Positions 1 to 8,258 of a stretch of DNA of 32,000 bases are shown piece after piece. Positions within the stretch are counted from its first letter, which is position 1. Every line of letters begins with the position of its first letter. The notes under the pieces were generated by a model. The model did not search any database. It was not told the origin of the DNA and worked only from the letters and a program-made list of their open reading frames with translations. This stretch comes from Candidatus Saccharimonadota bacterium (GTDB lineage Bacteria; Patescibacteriota; Gracilibacteria; UBA1369; 2-02-FULL-48-14). The position numbers and the translations under genes were made by a program. The DNA lies in contig CP064962.1 of the NCBI GenBank assembly GCA_016699145.1, positions 150,001 through 182,000 on the forward strand. Direction: 5' to 3'.

Positions 1-220
1 CAGCATCGTGCTGACTCTTTTAAAAAAATGGAAAAACAAAGATCAAATTTACTTCAAACACATCATGATTTCCTTACGCCAAGGAGTCTTGCTCAGCATT
101 TGCACGGTGCTTTGTCTGGGTTTACTCATGCTCGGTTTTTTAAGAATTTGGAACGGCCTGCTTTTGGTCGCTCTCATCATGCTCATTGAATTTTACTTCA
201 GCGGAAAAGACGAGCTCTAA
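1..220 (+). CDS. C-terminal fragment of a hydrophobic membrane protein; ORF is open to the left window edge
   Basis: The frame is open from nt 2, so the listed GTG at 8 is probably internal. Two hydrophobic helices (LLSICTVLCLGLLMLGF, LLLVALIMLIEFYF). No family recognised. Its stop overlaps the lepB stop by 4 nt (convergent). Confidence 0.3.
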   Translation, partial: SIVLTLLKKWKNKDQIYFKHIMISLRQGVLLSICTVLCLGLLMLGFLRIWNGLLLVALIMLIEFYFSGKDEL

Positions 221-879
221 TCCAAATCACTCACCCAACGAAAGTGCGTGAAAGGGAAGAGTACCAATTTCACCTCTCCTTCAATGAACGATTCATCCAA
301 GTAAGGGGAGCTGTTTTCAGAGCAACCCAGTTGCTGAAAACAACGGCGCGAATCACTACTTTTGATGCGATTGTCTCCCATCACAAAATAACTGTCTTCA
401 GGAACTTCATAGGTTTCGGCACTGGAGCGATGAGGATGGGTGTTTCCAGTGTTTTCGGCATTCAAATAAGGCTCATCCCATTCAATAAAACGCCCTTCTT
501 CATTTTTCAAATAAACCAACCCATTCTTGACCAGAATAGTATCCCCGGGCAGACCTATCACTCGCTTGATATAATATTCCCCTTTTTCAGAGTAAGGAGC
601 TTGAAAAACAATCACATCGCCTCGCTCAAGCTCGGTCGGGGACCAGCCAAAAAGGTCCCAAACAGGGAAGCGTGAAACCAAAATAAATTCTCCATCTCCG
701 TTGTAACATTCTCCATTGAAAGAGTTGAAAGTGTCACACATCGAAGGCCCATGAATCCGAAAAGGAGCAAATATAAAATTTTGTATGAATAGCACCAGCA
801 CGACCACGATCACAATGTCCAATCCTATGTCCAAAAAAAAACGCGCGAATTTAAAATCTTTAGTCGTTTTTTCTTGCAT
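217..879 (-). CDS. lepB: Signal peptidase I
   Basis: 220-aa ORF with an N-terminal TM helix and the SPase I boxes GPSMCDTF (Ser box), GDVIVF, YIKRVIGLPGDTI (Lys box) and VMGDNRIKSSDSR. Confidence 0.9.
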   Translation of the reverse strand: MQEKTTKDFKFARFFLDIGLDIVIVVVLVLFIQNFIFAPFRIHGPSMCDTFNSFNGECYNGDGEFILVSRFPVWDLFGWSPTELERGDVIVFQAPYSEKGEYYIKRVIGLPGDTILVKNGLVYLKNEEGRFIEWDEPYLNAENTGNTHPHRSSAETYEVPEDSYFVMGDNRIKSSDSRRCFQQLGCSENSSPYLDESFIEGEVKLVLFPFTHFRWVSDLD

Positions 880-928
880 AAGGGTGTAAAATACAAAGGA
901 AGTCTAGCAAGAAAATATTCCCTCCACA

Positions 929-1501
929 ATGAAAACAGTGCTCGATCGATTCCTCTTTGGAAGTCTCCTGGATGAAGGAGAAAAAATCGTTTATGTCGCC
1001 CATATCCATCCCTTCATTGTCTATCCAATTTTATTCAAATCCACTTTTTTTGGACTCCTGATCCCTGCTCTAGGGTATTGGATTTTCCCGATGATGCCCG
1101 CCGTCTGGCTGGCCTGGGTTATTTTAGGAGGAATGATTTGTTTTTATCGGCTCACCCAATGGTACATGGATGCGTGGATCGTCACCAATATGTCGGTCAT
1201 CAACTTTGAATGGAACTCGCCCTTCAGCAAATCCACCAATCGCATCGAATTCGGAACCATAGAAACCACCACCAGTGAAATTCATGGATTTTGGGGAACG
1301 CTCTTTCGTTTTGGCAATCTGCAAATCGACAACGTAGCTTCCAATCCTATCGTTTTAAAAAACGTAGCCTTGCCCCAAAAAGTGGAGCGCATCATCATGG
1401 AAAATCAAAGCAAATTCGTCCACCACCAAGCCGTACGGGATCACGGTCAATTGAAAGAATTGCTCACAACTCTGTTGCGTTCGAACATAAAAAACGGTTA
1501 A
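929..1501 (+). CDS. Membrane protein with a bacterial PH-like (YdbS/YdbT-type) C-terminal domain
   Basis: 190-aa ORF with two TM helices followed by WIVTNMSVINFEW...IEFGTIETT...FGNLQIDN, a pattern reminiscent of membrane-flanked bPH domains. The family call is tentative. Confidence 0.45.
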   Translation: MKTVLDRFLFGSLLDEGEKIVYVAHIHPFIVYPILFKSTFFGLLIPALGYWIFPMMPAVWLAWVILGGMICFYRLTQWYMDAWIVTNMSVINFEWNSPFSKSTNRIEFGTIETTTSEIHGFWGTLFRFGNLQIDNVASNPIVLKNVALPQKVERIIMENQSKFVHHQAVRDHGQLKELLTTLLRSNIKNG

Positions 1502-1525
1502 ATGCAGCTGAATTAAAGAGCTCTT

Positions 1526-2956
1526 ATGGATCTTGAAGTGATCATCGGATTAGAAATTCACGCAGAGATGAACACTCGCACCAAAATGTTTTGCGCCTGC
1601 AGCAATGATAATTTTGGCAAAGAGCCCAACACCAACGTTTGTCCCATTTGCATGGGTTTCCCGGGCATGCTGCCTGTGGCCAATGTCGAAAGCATTAAAA
1701 AAGGAGCCATCGCGGCGATGGCTCTCAATTGCGAAATTAAAAAACATTCCAAATTCGATCGAAAAAACTACTTTTACCCCGATCTACCATCAGGTTTTCA
1801 AATTTCTCAGTACGACGAGCCCGTTTCTGAAAACGGCCATATCGAAATCCTTGTAGAAGGGAAGAAAAAACGCATCGGCATCCGCCGTTTGCACCTTGAA
1901 AACGATGCTGGAAAATTGACCCACAGCACTCAAGGCACCTTGCTCGATTTCAACCGAGCGGGGAAGCCTCTCATGGAAATCGTCTCAGAGCCGGATCTGC
2001 GCAGCGCCAAAGAAGCCAAAGAATACGCCGAGTCCGTACAGAAAATTGTGCGCTACTCTGGAAGCAGCGACTGCGACATGGAAAAAGGACAAATGCGTTT
2101 CGACGCCAGCGTCTCTTTACGACCTGTAGGGGACAGCAAACTCTACCCTCGCGCCGAAATTAAAAACCTCAATTCTTTTCGCTCTCTAGAAGCCTCCATC
2201 GAACGTGAAATCGCCAAACAAAGTGAAGCATGGGAGGCTGGCACACCCCCCACCATAGAAACCACCGTGGGCTGGGATGAAGACAAAGGTGACACTCATT
2301 TACTCCGTGAAAAAGAAAGCGCCGCCGACTACCGTTACTTTCCTGAACCCGATTTACCTCCCTTGGAGCTCAGTGAAGAACAGATTACTGAGTGGCGCAA
2401 AGAAGTGCCCGAATCTCCTTTAGCGGTCTATGAACGTTTCCTCAGCGAATACCAATTGAATGAAGCCGAAGCTCGCTTTTTTTCAGAAGATTCACGTTTC
2501 GCCCGACTTTTTGAAGAAACGGCGAAAGCCAGTAAAAATGCAAAAACAGCAGCCTCTTTTGTGGGCACTGTTTTGGTGAGCCGTCTCAAAGAAGCAGGCA
2601 AATCTCTTGCCGATTCTCCCATCACGGCTCAGCATCTCACTCAGCTCATTCAAATGATCGATGCCGGAAAAATTTCAAACAACGTGGCTAAATCCAGCGT
2701 CTTCGAAGCCATGATGCAAAGTGGAAAAATGCCCGCTCAACTCGTAGAAGAACTGGGCCTCTCTCAAGTCAGCGACACAACAGCCATCGAAGAACTATGT
2801 AAAAAAGCCATCGAAGCCAATCCCGAAGCTGTAGCCGATGTAAAAGCAGGGAAAAGCAAAGCCATGGCTGCCATCGTGGGCAGCGTGATGAAAGAAAGCA
2901 AAGGTAAGGCCAACCCTCAAATGGTCAACGAACTTCTCACTAAACTTTTATCTTAA
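1526..2956 (+). CDS. gatB: Asp-tRNA(Asn)/Glu-tRNA(Gln) amidotransferase subunit B
   Basis: 476-aa ORF. Diagnostic N-terminus IGLEIHAEMNTRTKMFC..CPICMGFPGMLP, plus LHLENDAGK and a C-terminal GatB/YqeY-like tail. No gatA or gatC adjacent. Confidence 0.95.
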   Translation: MDLEVIIGLEIHAEMNTRTKMFCACSNDNFGKEPNTNVCPICMGFPGMLPVANVESIKKGAIAAMALNCEIKKHSKFDRKNYFYPDLPSGFQISQYDEPVSENGHIEILVEGKKKRIGIRRLHLENDAGKLTHSTQGTLLDFNRAGKPLMEIVSEPDLRSAKEAKEYAESVQKIVRYSGSSDCDMEKGQMRFDASVSLRPVGDSKLYPRAEIKNLNSFRSLEASIEREIAKQSEAWEAGTPPTIETTVGWDEDKGDTHLLREKESAADYRYFPEPDLPPLELSEEQITEWRKEVPESPLAVYERFLSEYQLNEAEARFFSEDSRFARLFEETAKASKNAKTAASFVGTVLVSRLKEAGKSLADSPITAQHLTQLIQMIDAGKISNNVAKSSVFEAMMQSGKMPAQLVEELGLSQVSDTTAIEELCKKAIEANPEAVADVKAGKSKAMAAIVGSVMKESKGKANPQMVNELLTKLLS

Positions 2957-2957
2957 T

Positions 2958-3185
2958 ATGAAAAACAAGACCTTCTTCAAAAGCACTCCTTTTCTAGCCA
3001 CTCTCTTCCTCCTCCTTTTGCTTGCCAGCAACGGCCTCACAGCATGGGCTGTGTACTCCGTGAAAGAAAGCGAGTACAATGAACTCAAGTTGCGCATCGC
3101 CAGCACCATCGATCAAAAACTCAAAGTTCAAGATGAACTCGAAGAATTGAGACTGATCTGTCCCGTCGAAGAAACGGAAGAATAA
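2958..3185 (+). CDS. Small signal-anchored protein, hypothetical
   Basis: 75-aa ORF starting 2 nt after the gatB stop. N-terminal hydrophobic helix (FLATLFLLLLLASNGLTAWAV), then a charged coiled-coil-like tail. Confidence 0.4.
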   Translation: MKNKTFFKSTPFLATLFLLLLLASNGLTAWAVYSVKESEYNELKLRIASTIDQKLKVQDELEELRLICPVEETEE

Positions 3186-3202
3186 AATTTAACTCCACCG
3201 CC

Positions 3203-3460
3203 ATGCAATCTCTCGACATTCTGTACCTCACGCTTTCGGTCTGCATCACCTTGCTCACCGTTTTCGTTTCCATCACTCTCATTTACCTGCTTTTCATTTT
3301 ACGCGACGTGGTAAAAGTGACCGATCAAGTCAAAGACCTCGTTGAAAAAGTGAACACCTACATCACAAAACCCATTTTGCTCACCAAAAGCATCATCGAG
3401 TTTGTTTCCCCCTTCATTCAATCCGCCCAAGAAAAAGTAGGGAAGAAGAGGAGGGATTAA
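3203..3460 (+). CDS. Small TM protein, possibly DUF948/YtxH-like
   Basis: 85-aa ORF with one N-terminal TM helix followed by an amphipathic helix (VVKVTDQVKDLVEKVNTY). The family call is weak. Confidence 0.35.
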   Translation: MQSLDILYLTLSVCITLLTVFVSITLIYLLFILRDVVKVTDQVKDLVEKVNTYITKPILLTKSIIEFVSPFIQSAQEKVGKKRRD

Positions 3461-3467
3461 ATGCCCT

Positions 3468-4247
3468 CTAGCTTCTAGCTAACAGCGCTTTGAAGGAAAA
3501 CACCACCACCGCATTCCAGATGCGTTTTCCACGTTGAATCGGATTTAAAAAGAGCCTCCACAGCCACTCCAGGCCCAATTTTCTAAAGAGAAGAGGAGCT
3601 CGTTTAACCACCCCCGCATAAAAATCAAAGGAGCCGCCCACTCCCATCGCAATGCGAAGAGAAGGGAGTTTTTCAAAATATTCCGAAAGCCAAAGTTCCT
3701 GTTTAGGCGCACCATACGCCACAAAAAGAATCTGAGGTTTTGCTTTTAACACTTCTTCAAAAGCCTGTTTCCCAGGATTCTCAGAAGAAGCGCCGGCCAC
3801 TTTTAAAGAAGGCCATCGCTTTTGAAAATAAGCCGCTGTTTTCTCTGCCACTCCTGGTGCAGCTCCTAAAAAAAATATGGACCAATTTTTTTCAACCGCT
3901 TTTTCAATCACATCCACCATAAAGTCCGCACCATGAATGATTTCAGGGAAAACCCAGCGGAAGTAGCGCCTTCTAAAAAGATAGAGCACAAGCGCATTGG
4001 GGAAGGCAAGTACCCGAAGCCAACGGGGCAGAAACATTAAGGTACTCACCAATTGAAGGCCATTCCCATCGGGCAGCATCAAAGTACCTTTTTGCAGCGC
4101 CTTTCGGTACCCAGGGTTCCGAGAGGCTTCAAGTAAAATTTCTGGATTGGGTGTAAAAATCAGCTGTTTTTCATCCAAACGAGCTTGAGCCTGAACTCGA
4201 GTCAGAGCATCCACTTTCACTCCAAAAAAAGTCGTTCCATTTTTCAT
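3468..4247 (-). CDS. WecG/TagA/CpsF-family glycosyltransferase (N-acetylmannosaminyltransferase-like)
   Basis: 259-aa ORF with family blocks MLPDGNGL, ILFVAYGAPKQELW, GVGGSFDFYAGVVKRAP and GLEWLWRL..P.R. Its ATG overlaps the upstream methyltransferase stop (ATGA on the minus strand at 4244-4247). Confidence 0.85.
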   Translation of the reverse strand: MKNGTTFFGVKVDALTRVQAQARLDEKQLIFTPNPEILLEASRNPGYRKALQKGTLMLPDGNGLQLVSTLMFLPRWLRVLAFPNALVLYLFRRRYFRWVFPEIIHGADFMVDVIEKAVEKNWSIFFLGAAPGVAEKTAAYFQKRWPSLKVAGASSENPGKQAFEEVLKAKPQILFVAYGAPKQELWLSEYFEKLPSLRIAMGVGGSFDFYAGVVKRAPLLFRKLGLEWLWRLFLNPIQRGKRIWNAVVVFSFKALLARS

Positions 4248-4954
4248 GTGCGAGCAATGGTGATTAAATTTCGATCTTGTTTTTCATAGTGCACTGTATA
4301 GCCTGCCTTCTCTAATAAACCGCGAAGCTGTTTAGGGCGAAAGGCATAGTAATACCGTTTCACTCGATGTTTCCAGGGAATGAGCAGTCCTCGAAACCCA
4401 TAATTCGGCCACAGCACATTCCGCAGCCACGCCTTCCAAAAACGCAGCGACCACAGATTCCAATTCGTCATAAACAAAAACGCACCCGGTTTCAAATGCA
4501 TTTTCAGCCGCTTCAAAAACACAAGTTGATCCTTGGGCGGTAAGTGATGAAACGAAGCGATCATAAATGCAGCATCAAATTTCCCTCCCAGATTCGGCAA
4601 GTTCAAGATGTCCGCCTGAACAAAGCGGAGTTTCGCAGGGTCAATGACACCATCCGCAAAAGTGTCGACGCATCCGCGTGCCTGCTCAAGTAGCGCCTCC
4701 GATTGATCCACACCCACGTAAGAATGCAACTGCTTGTCTCGTAAAAAACCGAGCAAACGCCCATTGCCGCAGCCCAAGTCCAAAACTCGTAAGCCGGATC
4801 TTAAAAATGGCACAAAATCCTCAAACTCCTTCCAACTCGCTTGGCGCGTCTCCGAAAACTCCTCCGCGATCGAATTGTAGTCCCGCTTGACCTTTTCGCG
4901 GATTCTCTTAGAGTGCATGGTAGGCTGAGTGTTAACGAATCCCATGAAAATCAT
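4244..4954 (-). CDS. Class I SAM-dependent methyltransferase, Trm9/ALKBH8-MTase-like
   Basis: Motif I VLDLGCGNG. N-terminal YNSIAEEFSETRQASW resembles yeast Trm9 YNEIAPHFSQTRYKPW. Later blocks FDAAFMIASFHHL and RYYYAF..KQL..LLEKAGY also resemble Trm9. The likely true start is MHSK at 4918; the longest ORF start at 4954 would overlap elp3. Confidence 0.75.
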   Translation of the reverse strand: MIFMGFVNTQPTMHSKRIREKVKRDYNSIAEEFSETRQASWKEFEDFVPFLRSGLRVLDLGCGNGRLLGFLRDKQLHSYVGVDQSEALLEQARGCVDTFADGVIDPAKLRFVQADILNLPNLGGKFDAAFMIASFHHLPPKDQLVFLKRLKMHLKPGAFLFMTNWNLWSLRFWKAWLRNVLWPNYGFRGLLIPWKHRVKRYYYAFRPKQLRGLLEKAGYTVHYEKQDRNLITIART

Positions 4955-6575
4955 TCAAGAAGAGAATATCCTTAAAAACCTGCTCAAACAAGCGTCCAAA
5001 CTCCCTGAAAAAACGGAGGGGGAACTTCACAAACTCAAGAAGCGTTTCGCCCGGGACTACAAAATTTCTTTGCCCACAAACTTTCAACTGCAAACCGCTT
5101 ACGAGGAACTCTTAAAAGAAGGATGGAAAGGGGAGGCAGTTTTGCAACGTCTCATTCGTAAGCGAAAAATCCGGACCTTATCAGGCGTCAGCGTGCTCAC
5201 CGTTTTGACCAAACCTTATCCCTGCCCAGGCAAGTGTGTGTTTTGCCCCACGGAACCCGGCATGCCAAAGTCCTATCTTTCGAATGAACCCGGAGCCATG
5301 CGCGCTGTGCTTGACGATTTTCACCCTCAGGACCAGGTTCGAACTCGCCTCGACAGCCTCACACGCCAAGGTCACGAAACCGAAAAAATCGAGATGATCG
5401 TGCTCGGTGGCACTTTTTCAGCCTACAACCGCCGCTATCAAACGGACTTCGTGCGCGCTCTTTTCAATGCTTGCAATAAGGGCTTGCCAAAAGAAAAAGG
5501 CCCCACGGGACGTTCCCTTGAAGAGGCCCAACGCATCAACGAATCCGCCAAACACAAAATCATCGGCCTCAGCCTTGAAACCCGTCCCGACCACATCACC
5601 GAAGACGAAATTTTGAACATGCGCCGTCTCGGATGCACCAAGGTTCAAATCGGCGTCCAGCACATCGATCAAGCGGTACTCGACCTCAACAAGCGCGGCG
5701 AAAAAATTGAAGACACCATCAACGCGATGAAATTGCTCCGTGACGCGGGCTTCAAAATCGCTACTCACCTTATGCCCAACCTGCCCGGCAGCACTCCTGA
5801 ACTCGACCTCTGGGTGGTACAAGAATTCTTCCGAAATCCCGCTTTTAAACCAGACCAAGTCAAAATCTACCCCTGCGTGGTCACCCCTTATGCCGAACTG
5901 GAAGAGTGGTGGAGAGAGGGGCGCTACCAGGCCTACAGCGACGAAGTGCTCATGGATCTCCTTTACAAAATCCAACTCGAATTGCCCGAATACGTACGGG
6001 TCGAGCGCCTTTTCCGCGATATTCCAGGGGAGTCTATTCTGGAAGGCAGCCAAAAGACCAATATGCGCCAACTTCTCGAAGAGCGTATGAAAGCCGACGG
6101 AAAATTCTGCCGCTGCATCCGTTGTCGTGAAATCCGCGGCGAGTCTTACGATCCCAACGCCACGTCTTTGCGCATTCATGAGTTCGACGCCAGTGACGGC
6201 AAAGAATTTTTCATCAGTTTCAACCAAGCGGATCCAAAGGATTTGCTAAGCCAAAAAGACAAACTCTGTTCGCTACTACGCATGCGCTACTCCTCCTACT
6301 CACTTCAGGGCAAAACTCATTTCATCCCTGAACTCGACGGTGCCGCACTCATTCGTGAAGTGCACGTTTACGGAGCAGAAGTGAACGTGGGTAGCACTAA
6401 AAAAACCGCGTCTCAGCACGCCGGACTCGGCCGCCGCATGCTCGAAAAAGCTGAAGAATTGGCCAAAAAAGACGGATTTAAAAAAATGGCCATCATCGCT
6501 GGAGTGGGCACCCGCAACTACTATCGCAAATGGGGCTATGAGCTCGAAGGGACTTATATGACGAAAGCTCTTTAA
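4929..6575 (+). CDS. elp3: Elp3-type radical-SAM/GNAT tRNA uridine(34) carboxymethyl-synthase homologue
   Basis: 548-aa ORF. Radical-SAM cluster motif CPGKCVFCP (CX3CX2C) followed by MPKSYLSNEPG. C-terminal GNAT acetyl-CoA motif QHAGLGRRMLEKAEE. Overall length and domain order match Elp3. The start is GTG 4929 or, more likely, ATG 4944. Confidence 0.9.
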   Translation: MLTNPMKIIQEENILKNLLKQASKLPEKTEGELHKLKKRFARDYKISLPTNFQLQTAYEELLKEGWKGEAVLQRLIRKRKIRTLSGVSVLTVLTKPYPCPGKCVFCPTEPGMPKSYLSNEPGAMRAVLDDFHPQDQVRTRLDSLTRQGHETEKIEMIVLGGTFSAYNRRYQTDFVRALFNACNKGLPKEKGPTGRSLEEAQRINESAKHKIIGLSLETRPDHITEDEILNMRRLGCTKVQIGVQHIDQAVLDLNKRGEKIEDTINAMKLLRDAGFKIATHLMPNLPGSTPELDLWVVQEFFRNPAFKPDQVKIYPCVVTPYAELEEWWREGRYQAYSDEVLMDLLYKIQLELPEYVRVERLFRDIPGESILEGSQKTNMRQLLEERMKADGKFCRCIRCREIRGESYDPNATSLRIHEFDASDGKEFFISFNQADPKDLLSQKDKLCSLLRMRYSSYSLQGKTHFIPELDGAALIREVHVYGAEVNVGSTKKTASQHAGLGRRMLEKAEELAKKDGFKKMAIIAGVGTRNYYRKWGYELEGTYMTKAL

Positions 6576-6582
6576 AAGGCAC

Positions 6583-6611
6583 TTCCAAAACACACAACAA
6601 TCAGGTATAAT
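6583..6611 (+). promoter_or_regulatory. Candidate sigma70-type promoter for the 6633 gene
   Basis: TATAAT at 6606-6611 with TTCCAA at 6583-6588 (17-nt spacer). A small hairpin AAGAGA/TCTCTT follows, before the ATG at 6633. Confidence 0.3.
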
Positions 6612-6632
6612 AAAGAGATTTAATTCTCTTGA

Positions 6633-8258
6633 ATGAATGCACGCCAATCGCAAGGATCTTCCGCTCAATCTCAATCCGTCCCCGAAAAGTGGGGAGACAA
6701 GATTCTAGAGGTCTTGAATCTCTCCGATCAAAAAAAGGAACGTGCCGATTTAGCCATGACAGTTATGGAAGAAACTCCACCAGAACCTGTTTTAGATCGT
6801 GCAAGAAAATTGAAAGAGGAGGTGGACAAAGGAGAAAAACCTCGTGATTGGAGCTGGATGCCCACTGCCCTTAAGGTAGGAGTAGGGCTAGGAACGGCTT
6901 ATTTAAGCTGGAAAGTGTTCAGTAAACTTTGGACCAAAGAAGTCGATGAAAAAGAAGGAAAAAAAGACAAAGAAGCTTTCTTCAGTACAGCCGAAAAAGC
7001 AATCGGTTTAGCCACTCTCGGGGGAGTGGCTTGGCTCGTAGGGAAGGAGGCTATTCCAGGATATTTCAAGGATAAGATGGGGCTCGATGCCAAGAAAGAA
7101 ACGGTAGACCGCTTCATTGCAAGGCTCAAAGAAAAAGGAATGAAAGATGCCCTCGCCGAACTGACTCTCGATTCCGATGAAGCCTATTTGACTCGCATGG
7201 CCGAAACCATCAGTGTTGAAAGAAAATACATACTCAATTTACGAGATGTGAGTTACTCAACATTTTTAGAACATCGAAAAGGACAAATTTCTGGAAAATT
7301 TGGCTACGCCACGATGCAAATCGCTGAGATGGTGGGTTTTGACCTATCCAGTAATATTCCATTCACCAACGCTGACGATGACCTTCGTGAAGCCAATGCA
7401 GACGCCAAAATCCAAATCTACATTGAAGCGAATAGCACCGAAGAGGAGCGAAAAAAGAAAACCATTGGCGAACTATTACAAACGATTGATCAAAGAGAAC
7501 ATCCTGAAACTACACCCGAACTTACTAAGAAGCCTCTGATTTCAGAAGATCCAAAACTTTTAGAAGAAAAAGGTAAAAACACCAGCAATCTTATCAAATC
7601 ATGGGGAGAGGAGCCTCAAGAAGGACAGACTCCAAGCTCCGTCGAAAAGAAAGCAGGGGATCTTGTGGATGCAGCCGCAAAAGACGGGGGACAGCTTTTC
7701 TGCTATGAAGGGGTACTTTATCTCCTTTCAGGGGGCAGCATAATGGTGCTTTCCAGTTGTTCTTTCTTCGTAGACACCGTCTGCGACGTGGCTGAAGCAG
7801 CTGCAACGGAAGAAAAAACTGCGGGCAGTGTGGTGACTAGCTTTCTGGAACGCGGAGGACTGACTTACGTGGGAGGAGGAATGGCGGTAGGAGTCGCCAT
7901 AGCAGGTCTTCAAAAAGCAGGCATATTAAACGGAAGTGGGTCCGTAATTTTTGAAGCCTTAAAAGGAGCGGGAAGAGGAATCATTGCCCCTCTCAATATT
8001 TTCAAGGGGACCGCAATAGGTGCAAAAACGGTTTATGCCGGAGCTCAATGGGCGACGGATGAAGCTAAATTGCTCTTCTTCACAGCAAAAGAATTGGCAG
8101 ACCCAAGCAACAAACTGGTCTATCAACGAGCCAGAGCGGCCTGGGCTGCTGAAGAATTTTTAAAACTTTCGACGAAGCCAATTTCGAAAAAATCGCCGGT
8201 TGGGACATGGAAGGAATCAAATCTCGAGTCAAATCTACACTGCTTCCAGAAAACGTAA
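6633..8258 (+). CDS. Large uncharacterised membrane protein, part 1; may continue into 8207..9448
   Basis: 541-aa ORF. Two N-proximal TM helices (ALKVGVGLGTAYLSW, AIGLATLGGVAWLVG), a charged central region and a C-terminal Gly/Ala-rich hydrophobic cluster (GGGMAVGVAIAGL). No family recognised. Confidence 0.55.
   Translation: MNARQSQGSSAQSQSVPEKWGDKILEVLNLSDQKKERADLAMTVMEETPPEPVLDRARKLKEEVDKGEKPRDWSWMPTALKVGVGLGTAYLSWKVFSKLWTKEVDEKEGKKDKEAFFSTAEKAIGLATLGGVAWLVGKEAIPGYFKDKMGLDAKKETVDRFIARLKEKGMKDALAELTLDSDEAYLTRMAETISVERKYILNLRDVSYSTFLEHRKGQISGKFGYATMQIAEMVGFDLSSNIPFTNADDDLREANADAKIQIYIEANSTEEERKKKTIGELLQTIDQREHPETTPELTKKPLISEDPKLLEEKGKNTSNLIKSWGEEPQEGQTPSSVEKKAGDLVDAAAKDGGQLFCYEGVLYLLSGGSIMVLSSCSFFVDTVCDVAEAAATEEKTAGSVVTSFLERGGLTYVGGGMAVGVAIAGLQKAGILNGSGSVIFEALKGAGRGIIAPLNIFKGTAIGAKTVYAGAQWATDEAKLLFFTAKELADPSNKLVYQRARAAWAAEEFLKLSTKPISKKSPVGTWKESNLESNLHCFQKT

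Noticed and set aside
1526-2956. gatB without adjacent gatA or gatC as an anomaly
   Set aside because: Dispersed gatCAB genes are common in small genomes, and the partners may lie outside this window.
5418-6227. A 269-aa ORF antisense to elp3, with similar long antisense ORFs at 14826..15491 (inside rluD), 20722..21210, 22654..23124, 23189..23659 and 23881..24336
   Set aside because: All lie entirely inside well-supported conserved genes on the opposite strand. Their translations are low-complexity (rich in F/V/E/G/H) and lack motifs. They are the usual by-product of codon bias removing stops from the antisense frame.
8166-8189. The hairpin TTTCGA(8167-72)/TCGAAA(8184-89) as a frameshift stimulator downstream of the slippery heptamer
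   Set aside because: It has only 6 AT-rich base pairs, an 11-nt loop and a 1-nt spacer from the heptamer. That is too weak and too close to count as evidence for programmed frameshifting.
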